This document shows positions 1-11,899 of a stretch of DNA of 64,000 bases, piece by piece (position 1 is the first letter of the stretch; each line of letters begins with the position of its first letter). The stretch covers positions 1,766,585 to 1,830,584 of the forward strand of contig NW_003526944.1 in the NCBI RefSeq assembly GCF_000181795.1, read 5' to 3'. This DNA comes from Trichinella spiralis (lineage: Eukaryota). A program made the position numbers and the translations under genes. Under the pieces are notes generated by a model, which saw nothing but the letters and a program-made list of their open reading frames with translations, was not told where the DNA came from and did no database searches.

Positions 1-189
1 GAAAAATTCCCCATCGGTTAAGTGCGTCGTACCATAATAAAAATGATCAACAGAAACTCGTTCATTATTTACCTAAAATGTTCATTCAGCAGTTTTTGCG
101 TCCCTTTAATCTTTTTCCTTCCATCCCTTTCACGCTCTAAGTGATACAAACGGAGAAAAGAGTGGATGAATAAGGACAAAGTTACATTT

Positions 190-1179
190 GTCGACGTGCG
201 AAAAGTAAAAACATGGGAAGCAATAATTAATTGTTCGTCATAATAAAAAAGAAAGAAGGTGCGCCATTTCATTAACAGGATAGTCTATTCTTCGAAACGG
301 TTGAATAAATATGCTATCTTGAAAATGATCATGAGCAGAGCGGTGATGAGATGAAGTGATAAAAATTAATATTAATCAGCAAATAAGAAGAGATTTACCT
401 GCAAAATAGGCAAATGAATTTCCAGATAGTCAGTTGCAAAACTTGAAAAGGCAACAAAACCAACGAAAACATGCTGCTGAACCAACTCGACTGCTGGTTG
501 GAACTGAAAATTTAGATGATTGCTCTTCTCCTTTTGAAACAATTGAAAAGCGAAAAGATACTTTTCTTCTACGGCAGTTGCAGACATGGAATTGGATTGT
601 TCAATACTTTCGCCAACAAATTCTTTAATTCGATATTCTAAACCATCTTCTCGGTCATTCATGAAAGTGTGCACAGCCAACTGGAAGGTTACAAAAACGA
701 AAACAAATGAAGAAAATTTACAAAATTATTTTCCACACCCGCCAACACCCAAAAAACTAACCGTCAAATCCCAGGCGGAATTTTCCAAATAATTTCGAGC
801 AACGTTCGGTTCAACTGCGCATATTTCCTGAAACAGCATGCAACATTTTCAATGTCGTGTTGCGGTTGTTGTTTTCAAAATTCGCCTCTTCGCACAACGG
901 CAAGTGTTTAAACAACAGGCAAACAGTTGTTAAACGACATACAAAATATTCAAATCATAACAACTCTTCTTGGTTGAATTAAACAGAAATTAGGTTAATC
1001 TAACAAAAATTCCACCGCACAAAGTCGGTAAAATTGACGGAAACGTTAACTGAACGAGTTGTAAAAACAATTTTTTAAATCAAAATTAACATCTCAAAAA
1101 TATCAATAATAAGAAATTATATTTTTACCATAAAAAGAGAAATCATTTGCTCATTGTCCAAAAAATTATCATTGGCCAT
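190..1179 (-). CDS. FAF2: 5' part of FAF2/UBXD8 (duplicate copy, truncated and error-rich toward the window start)
   Basis: Matches 19352-20341 at an offset of about 19162, with ATG at 1179 (MANDNFLDNEQMISLFM). Mismatches to copy 2 increase steadily below about position 470. Confidence 0.8.
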
Positions 1180-2182
1180 AGGAAAACCTGCTCCAGGGGC
1201 GAAATTAATTCTATTTACAAACTTTATCCAGGAATTGGAATTACCGTTTACAGTAATGTGTAAAACGAATTTCAAGTTTTAATTATTTCAAACATCATGT
1301 TAAGTTCAATTTGTATTTTATTTATTTATAATATTTATAAAAAGTGCTAATTTTTGTTAAACTTAATTATTATTTAATTAAATATAAATAAATACTGTCC
1401 TTATTACAACAAATTACGTGTTGCTTATTTTTCAAATTTATCATAAACTTTTTGTTTATTGAATATTTATTTTCATGGTGAAATAAATTGAATTAATATT
1501 AGTGATCATTTTATAAGGTTGTTCAGTAGATAAGAAAAGCATTAAACTCAGTTCAATTTCAGATTAGAATATCTAGTTAGTAGAATATTTATGAGTAAAA
1601 ATAAAGTAGTACTGTTATCTTGTGCTGTTTGCTTCTTTCTATCAGTTAAAGTTTGCATAAATATCTATATTTACAGCATTGTGATGTTGGACAACAATGA
1701 CTGGACGAATGCATGCTTGCAAGAGCTAAAAGAAATGTGCATGCAGTGCGCACATGGGCGGATTAGAAATTCATTTTTGAAATAGACGACATTGTTCTGG
1801 CTATTTTTCTGGTTTGTTTGTCCGATGGTGAAGTACTTTTTCCATTAGAAGATGATCATCATGATCAGTGCGCGCTTAGGGTTCAGAACAACAATGATAC
1901 ACAAAACGCTGAAACAGCTTTCACTGAAATGCGCATAATGCGAAACGCTTTTTTCCATTAAATAGGCGTGTGTATGTTTGTGCTTGTGTTTATGGGTGTG
2001 TGCGTGTGAAGTAGGCTGTGGAATAAGAAGAGAAAACAAAATTCAAATAGAAGCCCCGTTTCAAAAAGCAAAACGATGAAGAAAATGAAAACCGAAAAAA
2101 AATAAAATTATTAAACTACATATTGTATTGAGAGACAATTTTCTCATGGCGACGACAAAATGATCAAGAAGAAAGATGATGA

Positions 2183-5100
2183 TCACAGTTGATCCCGTCT
2201 TTGAGTAGAAGATACAAGCGGTTGAGTCATGGCATAGGAAGAAGTCAAAGGGTAATAACGCAGTGCGGCCGTCTCGTAGGCGCCCAGTGTTGTCGGCTCG
2301 TAAACGTTGAAGACCGGCGCCTGGGTTCCTGAAATCAACATCGACGGTAGGTAAAACAGCTGAGGGTACGTCGCCATCTCGGCTTGGAGGAAAGGATGGT
2401 GCTGCCAGCCGGTCGGCAACGGGTTGCTGGTCGAATAAAGCAACGATGTCCCGCCCGGGTAGGCGATTTTCTGCGATTGGGTCAGCGAGTAATAATTGTT
2501 GCTGGGGTTCGTCGAACGGTGGTGCAACTGCTTTGCCGTGTCGCCGAGGAAAACATCGCTGACCGTTTGCTTCAAAAATTTATTCTCAGCAATGGCTTTG
2601 TCAACAATGGACCGCGATTTGGTGCATCTGCATTCGTCGAGATTGTCATCAGTCGCCGGCGACTGACTGCCCAGGCCGCCAGTTGCCTGCAGCTCACCAT
2701 TGCAGCGCTCAGTTTTGCGCCATTTTGCACGCCGATTTTGGAACCATACCTGTGCAAAAAGCCGAACCGATAAAAAGCAGCATATACCCATTAAAAAAAG
2801 AATCCCCCTGATTACCTGGACTTTTGATTCGCTTAATTTTGTTCGCTGCGCTAAATCCTCCCTGAAAACAATTTTGGTGAACAATTAAACAATTTGCATT
2901 GCATGTCATTTTGGTTGAAAACATTTTTACCTTGCAAAAATGTCCGGATAATGAGTTCTTGAAAAGCACTTTTCCATTTCTTTCAGTTGGAAAGGTGTGA
3001 ACAAAGTGCGCACTCGTTTTCGCTGCTTGCCAATCATCGTCGGCTCAGATTTCACTTCTTGCATGGCTAAAAGAAGAACAAAATAGAGAAAACCAAAGCA
3101 GAAATCATATATTCACACTGATGAAATAGAATTCGAAACAAAATTACAAATTGGTAATATAATTTTAAACATTGGCAAAATTAGAGCTGTTTTCAACAAT
3201 TACTCGATAAATATTTATCCAATGTGATGATTTATATCACTAGCCGCTTCAGATGTTGCTCGAAAACGGTATGGTGATTAAAATTCACTTAATTAGTTGA
3301 GAAAAATCAATTCTACATAATTTGCTTAATTTCATAATTGAGGGTCTGTGCTTTCATAAATGAATTATATCAATAAGTAACAGAGAAAACGGCCAAATCA
3401 AAAGCCGAATGAGAATCATAGAAAACCAAGCTTCACGTGATTGATTGCTCACACCTAGATTATGCGGCTAAAATCAGCTAATTGAATTAACATCAAGAAA
3501 AAGTTTGCTTTATATGGCAATTTCACAAATTCCACGTGCACGTATGAAAATAAACCTATATTGAAAACTGTTTCTCAATAAACAGAAAAGAAAAAATCAC
3601 GCCCACACAGCATAATAAATAATATATTAAAAACAATAGTTTCAAATGCAAATTGAAGAAGCTGAACATAAAAAAGTTATACTATAATATAATAATTAGC
3701 TATGCATAATTTCATATTGTATTATAAATGGCAGTTGAAGGTAATAAGTATCAAATTGCTAAAGTTTGCTTGAATGACAAATCACATACAAATTTCCAAT
3801 TTGCAACGGCTAATAAAGAAAATCTCTTAAACACGTGCAGATCGGCTTCTTTCTATCTTTCTTGGTCGTCGCTCGTTGTATTGGCTTTTGTTTGAATTCA
3901 ATTAGCTTGAATTCACGCTTTTGCAATTGCAATTTATTACACACGAAAACAAAGCTAACAACACTGCATTTTCAATTGCTCTGACAATTTTGAATTATTC
4001 AACAATAAATGACAAAAAAAGACGCTGATGATGATGATGACGATAATGATAAAATGATAAAATTCTCACCTATCCAATGCAAAATGACATTGCACTCAAA
4101 TGACATTTGCAGACAATTTTTTCAATAAAGAATAAAAAAATAAATAAATCATAACAACAACCTCATAATGAAAAATCAATAAAATCAACAATCAATTTGA
4201 GATGAACAAATTTATTTTTCAACTATATCTGCATTTAAATTAAATGCTATTTGGAAATTTTTTACGATGATAATTAAAATATTAGCATTATTAAACTTCC
4301 GCTTGAATTTCTTGGAAAATATTTTAATATGAAATTAACGGAATGGATTTTTTGTGATTAATTTTCAAATTTAAACAATTGAATAAATTGCACGTGAACA
4401 AAAATAAACACGCTCGCGCAAGTGATTCAAACATAAATAAATAAACGCAATATTAAATTTCAAATTACAAAAGCATAAAAATTTAAATGATGCACCAATT
4501 TTATTACGTGCAAGTTTATTTCGTGTTCAAGCTTGTTGGAAAAAGCGGATCAATTCAACAACGATCATTTGAGTACACAAAACTGAATGAACAAGCTCAT
4601 GAATTAAATTAAATTAAATCAAATTAAATCACCAACATCAATCAAAGCATAAACAGTGCGCACTTGCCATATGAGCAACAAGGAAAAAAACATATTTTTA
4701 CCATCTTGCTTTGAGGAAAAAGATGCAATTTATACATTGTAATTTTAATAATTAATACACTAAACAAATACACGCATGAAATTGAAATATACTTGATCAA
4801 TATTTCATGCAGCTAAAAATGGTTTCAATTGAAACTGTCTTTGGAAAATTTCACTCTGTACACTGACTGATGATGATTATTCACAACTTGAATAAAGAGG
4901 AGAAAAAAATGCACAACATCCAACTTACATTGAAATAAAAAAATTAAAAAAAATTTACTTTTCGAGTTTCAAAATTTCCAAAAATCTAAATGACAGCGTG
5001 AAAAAGTAAAACTAATTCAATGAAACTTTAACATTTCACAAAATTAGCATAATTTTGTGCAGGCAAAACACAAGTATCAAAAATAGATACATTCCTTTCC

Positions 5101-8100
5101 CAAACAATACAAACAGCGAATGAAATTTTAACAAAAAAGAATATGCTAAGATAAAATTGAAAAAATGAATTCAATAGAAATTGTAAAAGAAGACAAAACA
5201 ACAATGTAAATAGATATATTATTGGGACTTACATTTTTTCAACATATGGAATTTGGAAAATAATCAAATGAGTAATGATTTTGAAGAGGCAAAAATTTGA
5301 TAAGCAAAATTGAGATTACTTTCGATAGAACAGCAAACATCAGTGGAATTGAAATTATGCGTGAATNNNNNNNNNNTTTCCTATGTGTAAACTTGTAGAA
5401 GGATAACTTGCCGCTGTGTTTCGAAAGTTTGAATGATCGAATTGTTCGCATTCTGATTTAGAGTGGTGACAAATATTGCGCTACATCCAAAATACATTGT
5501 TAATAAGTAAGTTAAAAGAATAAGCTCAGTAGAGGAGTTAGCATTGCAGAAATACTAAATGATGGCGTGTGTTTATTTGTTTATTTCCTATGTTTTTTTT
5601 GACATTGCGCAAAAGTAGCACAATGAGGCGTCGGTCAAGCTCTAGTATGATATCTTGAACCATTCAATTCCCAAACAATACAAAAATTTTATGATCTTTT
5701 AGCCAAACAGTATCTGATTCGAGCATTTGGAAGAGCAGGTTTGAGTAGCTCTGTATATGATGACAATACAGCAATGTAAATTGATATATTATTGGGATCT
5801 TCATTTTTTCAACATAAGGAATTGGGCACATAATCAAAGGAGTAATGATTGTGTAGGCGCGAAAAAATAAGTGAGCAAAATTGAAGATATCATTTGATAA
5901 GAAACAGCAAACATCAGTGGAATTGAAATTATGCGTGAATGAACGAACTGCATGCGGAATTGATAATATGAGTCTAAATAGCGCCAACCACGATGTCACC
6001 TTGTGACCTTCGATTCTGCGGTCTGCGGTCGGCAGTTAATTGCCAAGCAAACCATTATTCTTTGAGATTTAATCAAGCATAATTGCGAAAAAGCTTTACA
6101 AAGAGCATCTGAAGAATGCTTGCCAGCATTGATGCAAGTTTCCCAGTCAAAGTCAACGTTTCCCCGTTGGATAGGATTAAAATTTGATCCCCAAAGCAGG
6201 TCAACGCTGAATCACATATATTTATACATATATATTGTAAGAATCTAATTTTCCGCTTTCGTCGCTAGATGCAGCGTTGATGAATCACGCGAATTCAAAT
6301 AAAATAGCAACTTTTCCAATTAGCCATTTTCCGTTCCAATCAAACGCGCAAGGGAAAGTTTAATTAAGAGGCGATGGTTTAGAATAAGTGAAGACAACGT
6401 TTGAATATACATACAATATATGTATATTTAATACAATAAATTAACAACCTTAACCAATTTCACGTCTGAATTCCTTCAAATTTTCAGCGTCTCATCTGAT
6501 GAACGTTTCAATCTCAAAAACCAACTATAGATAATACGTATGTGTGCTTTTTCACTCAACAATTCACGTTAAATTCAATTAAAAGGAAATTAAATTATAA
6601 ACTGCATAATAAAATAATTCCATTTTAATCTGTTTAATAAATTACAGCAAAAAAATAAACATATTGCATAACACATCGTCATATAGCCTTAATAATAATA
6701 ATAATAATAATAAAATGCTTTGAATTTATTTCCTGTAATTTAAAATACACCTACTGGATATTTGAAATGAAAAAAAATAACGGTGATAAAGAATAAAATG
6801 ACTAATAAATACAGTGACATATGCTAATTAAAATTAAACTTGAATTACTTTTATACTATATTAGTATGAGAAATTTTTCAATAAATTCAACAATGCGGCA
6901 GCTAGCATTTGTCAAATAAGCATCAGTAATAATTTCAATTTATGAAAAATTAAAAGAAAAAAACTCATTTTGTCAACTTCTCTCTGTCAAACAATATCAA
7001 GTGAAGAATACCTTTTCGAGCGTAAAAGCAATCAATTTGCATAGTATGAAATTTGTATTTCTTTTTTCCAAACTGTAACATTTCAACCCCTGAAGAATTT
7101 GCCAAATCAGAAATGATGGAATGATCTACACTGAAACAGTGCATAAGAACATAATTTCAAATCAAAACAATCATCACGTGGAAATTGAATTGCAAATTTG
7201 AATAAAAGATTTTTCGTATACTCACACATACACACACAAGGATTGCAATTTTGAAAATTCAATTAAATTTTTTTCCAAAAAAAAAAATAGAAGCACACTC
7301 GTCAGCATGCACCGCGAAGTGAAAGTTACTGTACTGCTGTCAGTGGGAAATTTTATTTTCACACTGCTGCGTTATTTTTGTTTGTCATTCAATAAATTTT
7401 AATGCCATTTTTATTTAAATAAATTACTGTTGAAATTGGGCAAGAAATTCACATGCTCAATGATGCATTGGGCAGTTGTTCACGTGTATGTGTGTGTGTG
7501 TGTGTGTGTGTTCGTCGTTAAGCAAATTCTTTTTGAACGGCACGCTGATAAATGGCCAAACAACTGCAAAATTAATTTAAATTTTATCAGTTCCGTTTAA
7601 TCTAAATATTGTTTTGGTCGCAAGTGTCTGATGTGCAAACTTTTGTCTCATGTATCGCAAGGAGGAACAAGCTCTGTTAAAACAGACTGCAAATTTTGCA
7701 AATTTGTCGACAATTCTTTCAAATGTTTACTTTTGATAAAATTTAATTTTTCAAATCATCCTCTCCGAATTGAAAATTACACATTTCCTCTACTGTTGCA
7801 ATTGTACATTTTTCGATATTTAAATTTAAAAACAATATCACAACGATCACTGGCTAATATTGGTGGAAAATGAAGTTTTCACTTTTGAAATTGAATAATT
7901 AAAAAGATTGTGGCAATTAATTTAAAAAATTAACTGAAATTTGTTACGTTCAACGATGAGTTTGATTTTTGAAAAATGAATGATGAAAAGAAAAAAAATT
8001 TTTTAAAGTTATTACCACTGCTGCAGCAAGTTAATTATGGTAAATGGAGAACATTTTTTGAGATTATTGAAATGTATGCAAGAAAAAAAAACTACAAACT

Positions 8101-8510
8101 ATTGGAATATTTATGCAGCTTGTTATTGATCAAACGGATCACATTTAATATAATTTATATAAAATATTGATTACTGTATTTATAGTAAAATAGAAGAATA
8201 ATAAATTAGGATAAAAAAATTATTTATTGGCATTACGATTAGAAGAGAATTTATTAATGGGAAGTGTCGAGAAGAAAATTGGGAAAAAAGAACAGAATTA
8301 CATCTCAACCGTACCTCCTGATTTGATATCATTGCATTCAAGAACAGGTAAACATATGTCGGCAACAGCAACATCAACAGCAGAAGCAGCAGCAGCAGCA
8401 GCATCTGCATCTGCATCTGCATTAGCAGCGGCACTAGCGGCAGCAGACATTCCGTTGACAAACGTGGAAATGTCGAAAGCTTGTGCAGGGCTACTAATTG
8501 CCAAAACCAT
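2183..8510 (-). CDS. Paired-like (PRD class, Q50) homeobox transcription factor, Arx/aristaless-like, copy 1 (about 314 aa if the distal exon 1 is correct)
   Basis: Exons 3066-2931, 2861-2816 (46 nt) and 2749-2183 join by GT-AG introns into [62 protein letters not shown]. Putative exon 1 at 8510-8315 ends in a phase-1 donor (GGAG|GTACGG) matching the phase-1 acceptor at 3066. The homeodomain exons are firm; exon 1 is less certain. Confidence 0.88.
5367..5376. other. Assembly gap (10 N)
   Basis: Run of N. The sequence after it re-covers, with many errors, sequence already present before it. Confidence 1.
7486..7510. repeat. (TG)n microsatellite, shorter in copy 2 (about 26066-26084)
   Basis: gtatgtgtgtgtgtgtgtgtgtgtg is visible directly; the tract length differs between the two copies. 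Confidence 0.9.
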
Positions 8511-10627
8511 GTTTGGGATAGTCACTTTTCACGTGTTCTGCAATTTCGATAATGTCAACTTAATATTTCCAAAAGCAACCAACTAGCCATTAGCAGCAGC
8601 GCTACCTGTGGGGCGTTTGCACTGTTTGCTTAGTTTCACCAGAAAACACACACACACACACACACGTGGTATATATGCGCTTTCAGCGTACCCAAATAGT
8701 TGGAGCATGCGGGCGCATGTTTCAGTTGCTGTTTGATCATCGGTACTTGGTTGGGGGAATTTTGTTTTGCAAAATCAAATTTTCAACTTTTCATACTTTC
8801 CTCCCCCTGAGCGGATAGATCTTCTCTCTCCCCTTGACATTCTACATTCAAATGTTCTCTGTGCAATTGCACTGCTCCGTGTTTGACCAGCTGGACTGTT
8901 TGCAGGAAATGATCACGATTCTTTCGTCCTCTTCTATTAATAATTTATCAACGCAAATGATTAAACATTTTTTAAAAAATTTCCACTGACAATATTTGCA
9001 TACACACACACACACACATACAGAGAGGCATACACTGATCAATTATATGTTTTCTACTGGCGTTCATCTTGCTAATTTTTTTAAAAAATAAAATACAATA
9101 TTTAATACAAGCTGTATTAGATGCAATCGATCAAATTAGTATATCATTTTTCCACTAATCAGATGGCGAAATCAAAATTTCAAAATCTTCATCAAATATG
9201 ATTTATTTATCTATTTACTTTAGCCATACTAAACCCCGTGCTGTATTGTCAATTAACATTTTGTTTTTTTTTCTTCCATTAACAAACTGCACATCTGAAG
9301 TTAGATTTAAAAATAATTTCAAAAAAATGAATAAATCACTTATTGAACTGAGTGAAAAAATTTTGAAAATGAAATATTGAAGAAAGAGAACTAAACAAAA
9401 ATTTCGCATATATTAATTCACAGTGATAATTATTGTCACTTGGTTACGCATGCAATGGCTGCGCAATAGCATAAATATTGAAAGCGATGGCTTAAGCAGT
9501 CATATAAATAGCAAATAGTTGGTCCGGTTTTGCTGTCAACTGAGCCTGCTTTCAACAATTTTATTGCTGACATTGAAAAGTGGAGCAATAAAGGTTCGCT
9601 GAAAATGACCAAACGGGCGTGGTACCATTACCGTAAAGCCTAATTCCACAACGCTTATTATTATTATTACTATTATTACTATTATTATCATTATTGGTCT
9701 ATAATTTTAACGAACAATTTTCTATCCAAACTGCATTACTGAAAATATTTTTTTTTCAACCCAAACTGAACAAAAATCATCGGTTGGTTGCCCGTCAACA
9801 TATATACATATATACATTTGAAATGATATAAATTCTGTTTTCCTTTTCAACTGTTATTAAATGTTCAACTTTACAACATAGAAATTCACACATCTGACAA
9901 ACAAATCTTGGATTAATTGATTAATTAATTTTAAAGGCTATTTATTTAAAATTATATTGCATGCAATTACATATAATGACAACATAATAATAATAATAAT
10001 GTTGATAAATGAAAACACAATAATAATAATAATAATAATAACACACCAAACTTTTTCAAATAAAAAATTCAACAAGAAAACGACAACATCAAAAATTTAA
10101 ATACCCAAATAAACCTAAATAAATATGCTGTGAAATTTTTGGTCCGTATTTTTTTGAACAATGGTATTATTTTTGAACAAAAATACAATTTCACTGAATG
10201 AACTGAGTTAATTTTATGCTGCTTTTTGGTACAGTTTGAACAGTTTAATTTTCGTTTCGTGATATAACACATCAACATCAATGAAAAATTTTCTTCACAT
10301 CAAAAAATAACACCGTGGCAAGAATAATGTAAGAAATTCAAATTATCAAATTTTGGAAAGTTAACTTTCAGTTTTCAGAAATTTTATTGACCACTGAACA
10401 ACGGCAATTTGATAATTAATTATTTAATTACTATTATAAAATTTTTTATGAAATTGAACAACTTTTTGAAAATAAATTTGCAAAAACAAAGCAAACAAAC
10501 AAGCCTATTAGTATGGGTTTTCATATTTTAAAGTAAGCTTTTTATTTTGTACGATTTATAAAATTTAACTATGTACAATTAGCATTAGTGTTACAATAAA
10601 TGCAAAAATTAAGGCAATCACGTAAAA

Positions 10628-10700
10628 ATCCCTGTAGCGCAGAGGATAGCGCGTTGGGCTTCTAACCCAAAGGTCGTGGGTTCGATCCCCACCAGGGATG
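10628..10700 (+). tRNA. tRNA-Arg (anticodon TCT), intronless, copy 1
   Basis: 73-nt cloverleaf: acceptor stem ATCCCTG/CAGGGAT plus discriminator G; D arm GCGC-AGAGGATA-GCGC with A20; anticodon arm TTGGG-CTTCTAA-CCCAA (TCT at 10661-10663); T arm GTGGG-TTCGATC-CCCAC. A T5 Pol III terminator follows at 10705-10709. Confidence 0.97.
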
Positions 10701-11677
10701 AGACTTTTTCAATCTTTGAATAACTGAAAATTAATCTGATATTTCACAAGCAAAATATACTAGGAACAATTCGATTCCGTATTTTTCAAATGTTCAGAAG
10801 AAATAGCAAAAATATGTTGCAAAAAGAGTTAAAAAGAAACAACATCGACAATAACGCACAGCTTTGTTCCCCCTATTTTTTACCAATTACTATCTCCTAT
10901 CAGAAGAGCACAGCAGAGCAGTCAAACAGGTCTATTTATAAAATCAATAAATAAGACATCTGAAAGTGATTTTTTTAATGTCAAAAAATAAACAGGCAGC
11001 TATTTATGCATGGTAGAGAAAAAGTAGGAAAACAAGAACTGCGGGTTTCCTTTCTCGTTGCAAGTGATGAAAGTGAAAGCATTTCACAACTTGATTACGT
11101 TTCTATTCAACTGATTAATAAATAGCAAAAAAAACAATGTTAAAAATTAACGTTACAAAACTAAAACAAAAATTAAATATACATATCATAAGACTACAGG
11201 ATATTGATGAGCAAGCACAAATATCATAAAAAAATTCTAGAAAAAAATGCAGTTGTAATTTATAAAAAACCTAAAGGCCTCTTCCTCGATATAATAATAA
11301 TAATAAAACTAAAATAACAATCATTTATTGTATTGTTTCATATTTTTAAAATTTTTAAATAATTGTAAACGTGAAGATGGCATAAAAAAAGAAATAACCT
11401 CAAGTTTAATTAAATATATCGGTTGGAAGAGAATTGGGAAAATTGCAATTTAATTTATTTAATTTATTTATTTGACTGCAAACAAATTCAGTAATTGCAA
11501 AAAGTATGTCTTCAGAGTCGAAAAAACAAACAAACAACAAGCAGTGTTCTTACAACTGTCAACAACATGTCAATAGTTGTTTCATCAGATAAAAATATTC
11601 GATTAATACTTTAAGAATGAAATGATAATTTTACAACCGAATGTTAGTTATTTCAAGAAAAAATCATCAACAATTTT

Positions 11678-11899
11678 NNNNNNNNNNNNNNNNNNNNNNN
11701 NNNNNNNNNNNNNNNNNNNNNNNNNNNNNNNNNNNNNNNNNNNNNNNNNNNNNNNNNNNNNNNNNNNNNNNNNNNNNNNNNNNNNNNNNNNNNNNNNNNN
11801 NNNNNNNNNNNNNNNNNNNNNNNNNNNNNNNNNNNNNNNNNNNNNNNNNNNNNNNNNNNNNNNNNNNNNNNNNNNNNNNNNNNNNNNNNNNNNNNNNNN
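11678..11899. other. Assembly gap (222 N)
   Basis: Run of N. The equivalent interval in copy 2 is about 80 bp (about 30260-30339). Confidence 1.

Noticed and set aside
2255..2290. YETAALRY near the homeobox C-terminus as an OAR (aristaless) domain
   Set aside because: Only AALR matches the SSIAxLRLKAKEH consensus; the basic KAKEH half is missing.
2384..2773. 129-aa plus-strand ORF (and 21524-21937)
   Set aside because: It is the antisense shadow of the GC-rich last exon of the homeobox gene.
3479..3489. TAATTGAATTA paired-homeodomain P3 palindrome as an autoregulatory site
   Set aside because: A single site of this kind is expected by chance in DNA this AT-rich.
5664..5999. 111-aa minus-strand ORF unique to copy 1
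   Set aside because: It lies in the garbled low-quality contig start that duplicates upstream intron sequence.
8227..8586. Plus-strand Ala-rich ORF
   Set aside because: It is antisense to the candidate homeobox exon 1, is truncated by a stop in copy 2, and GCA/TGC repeats read open on both strands.
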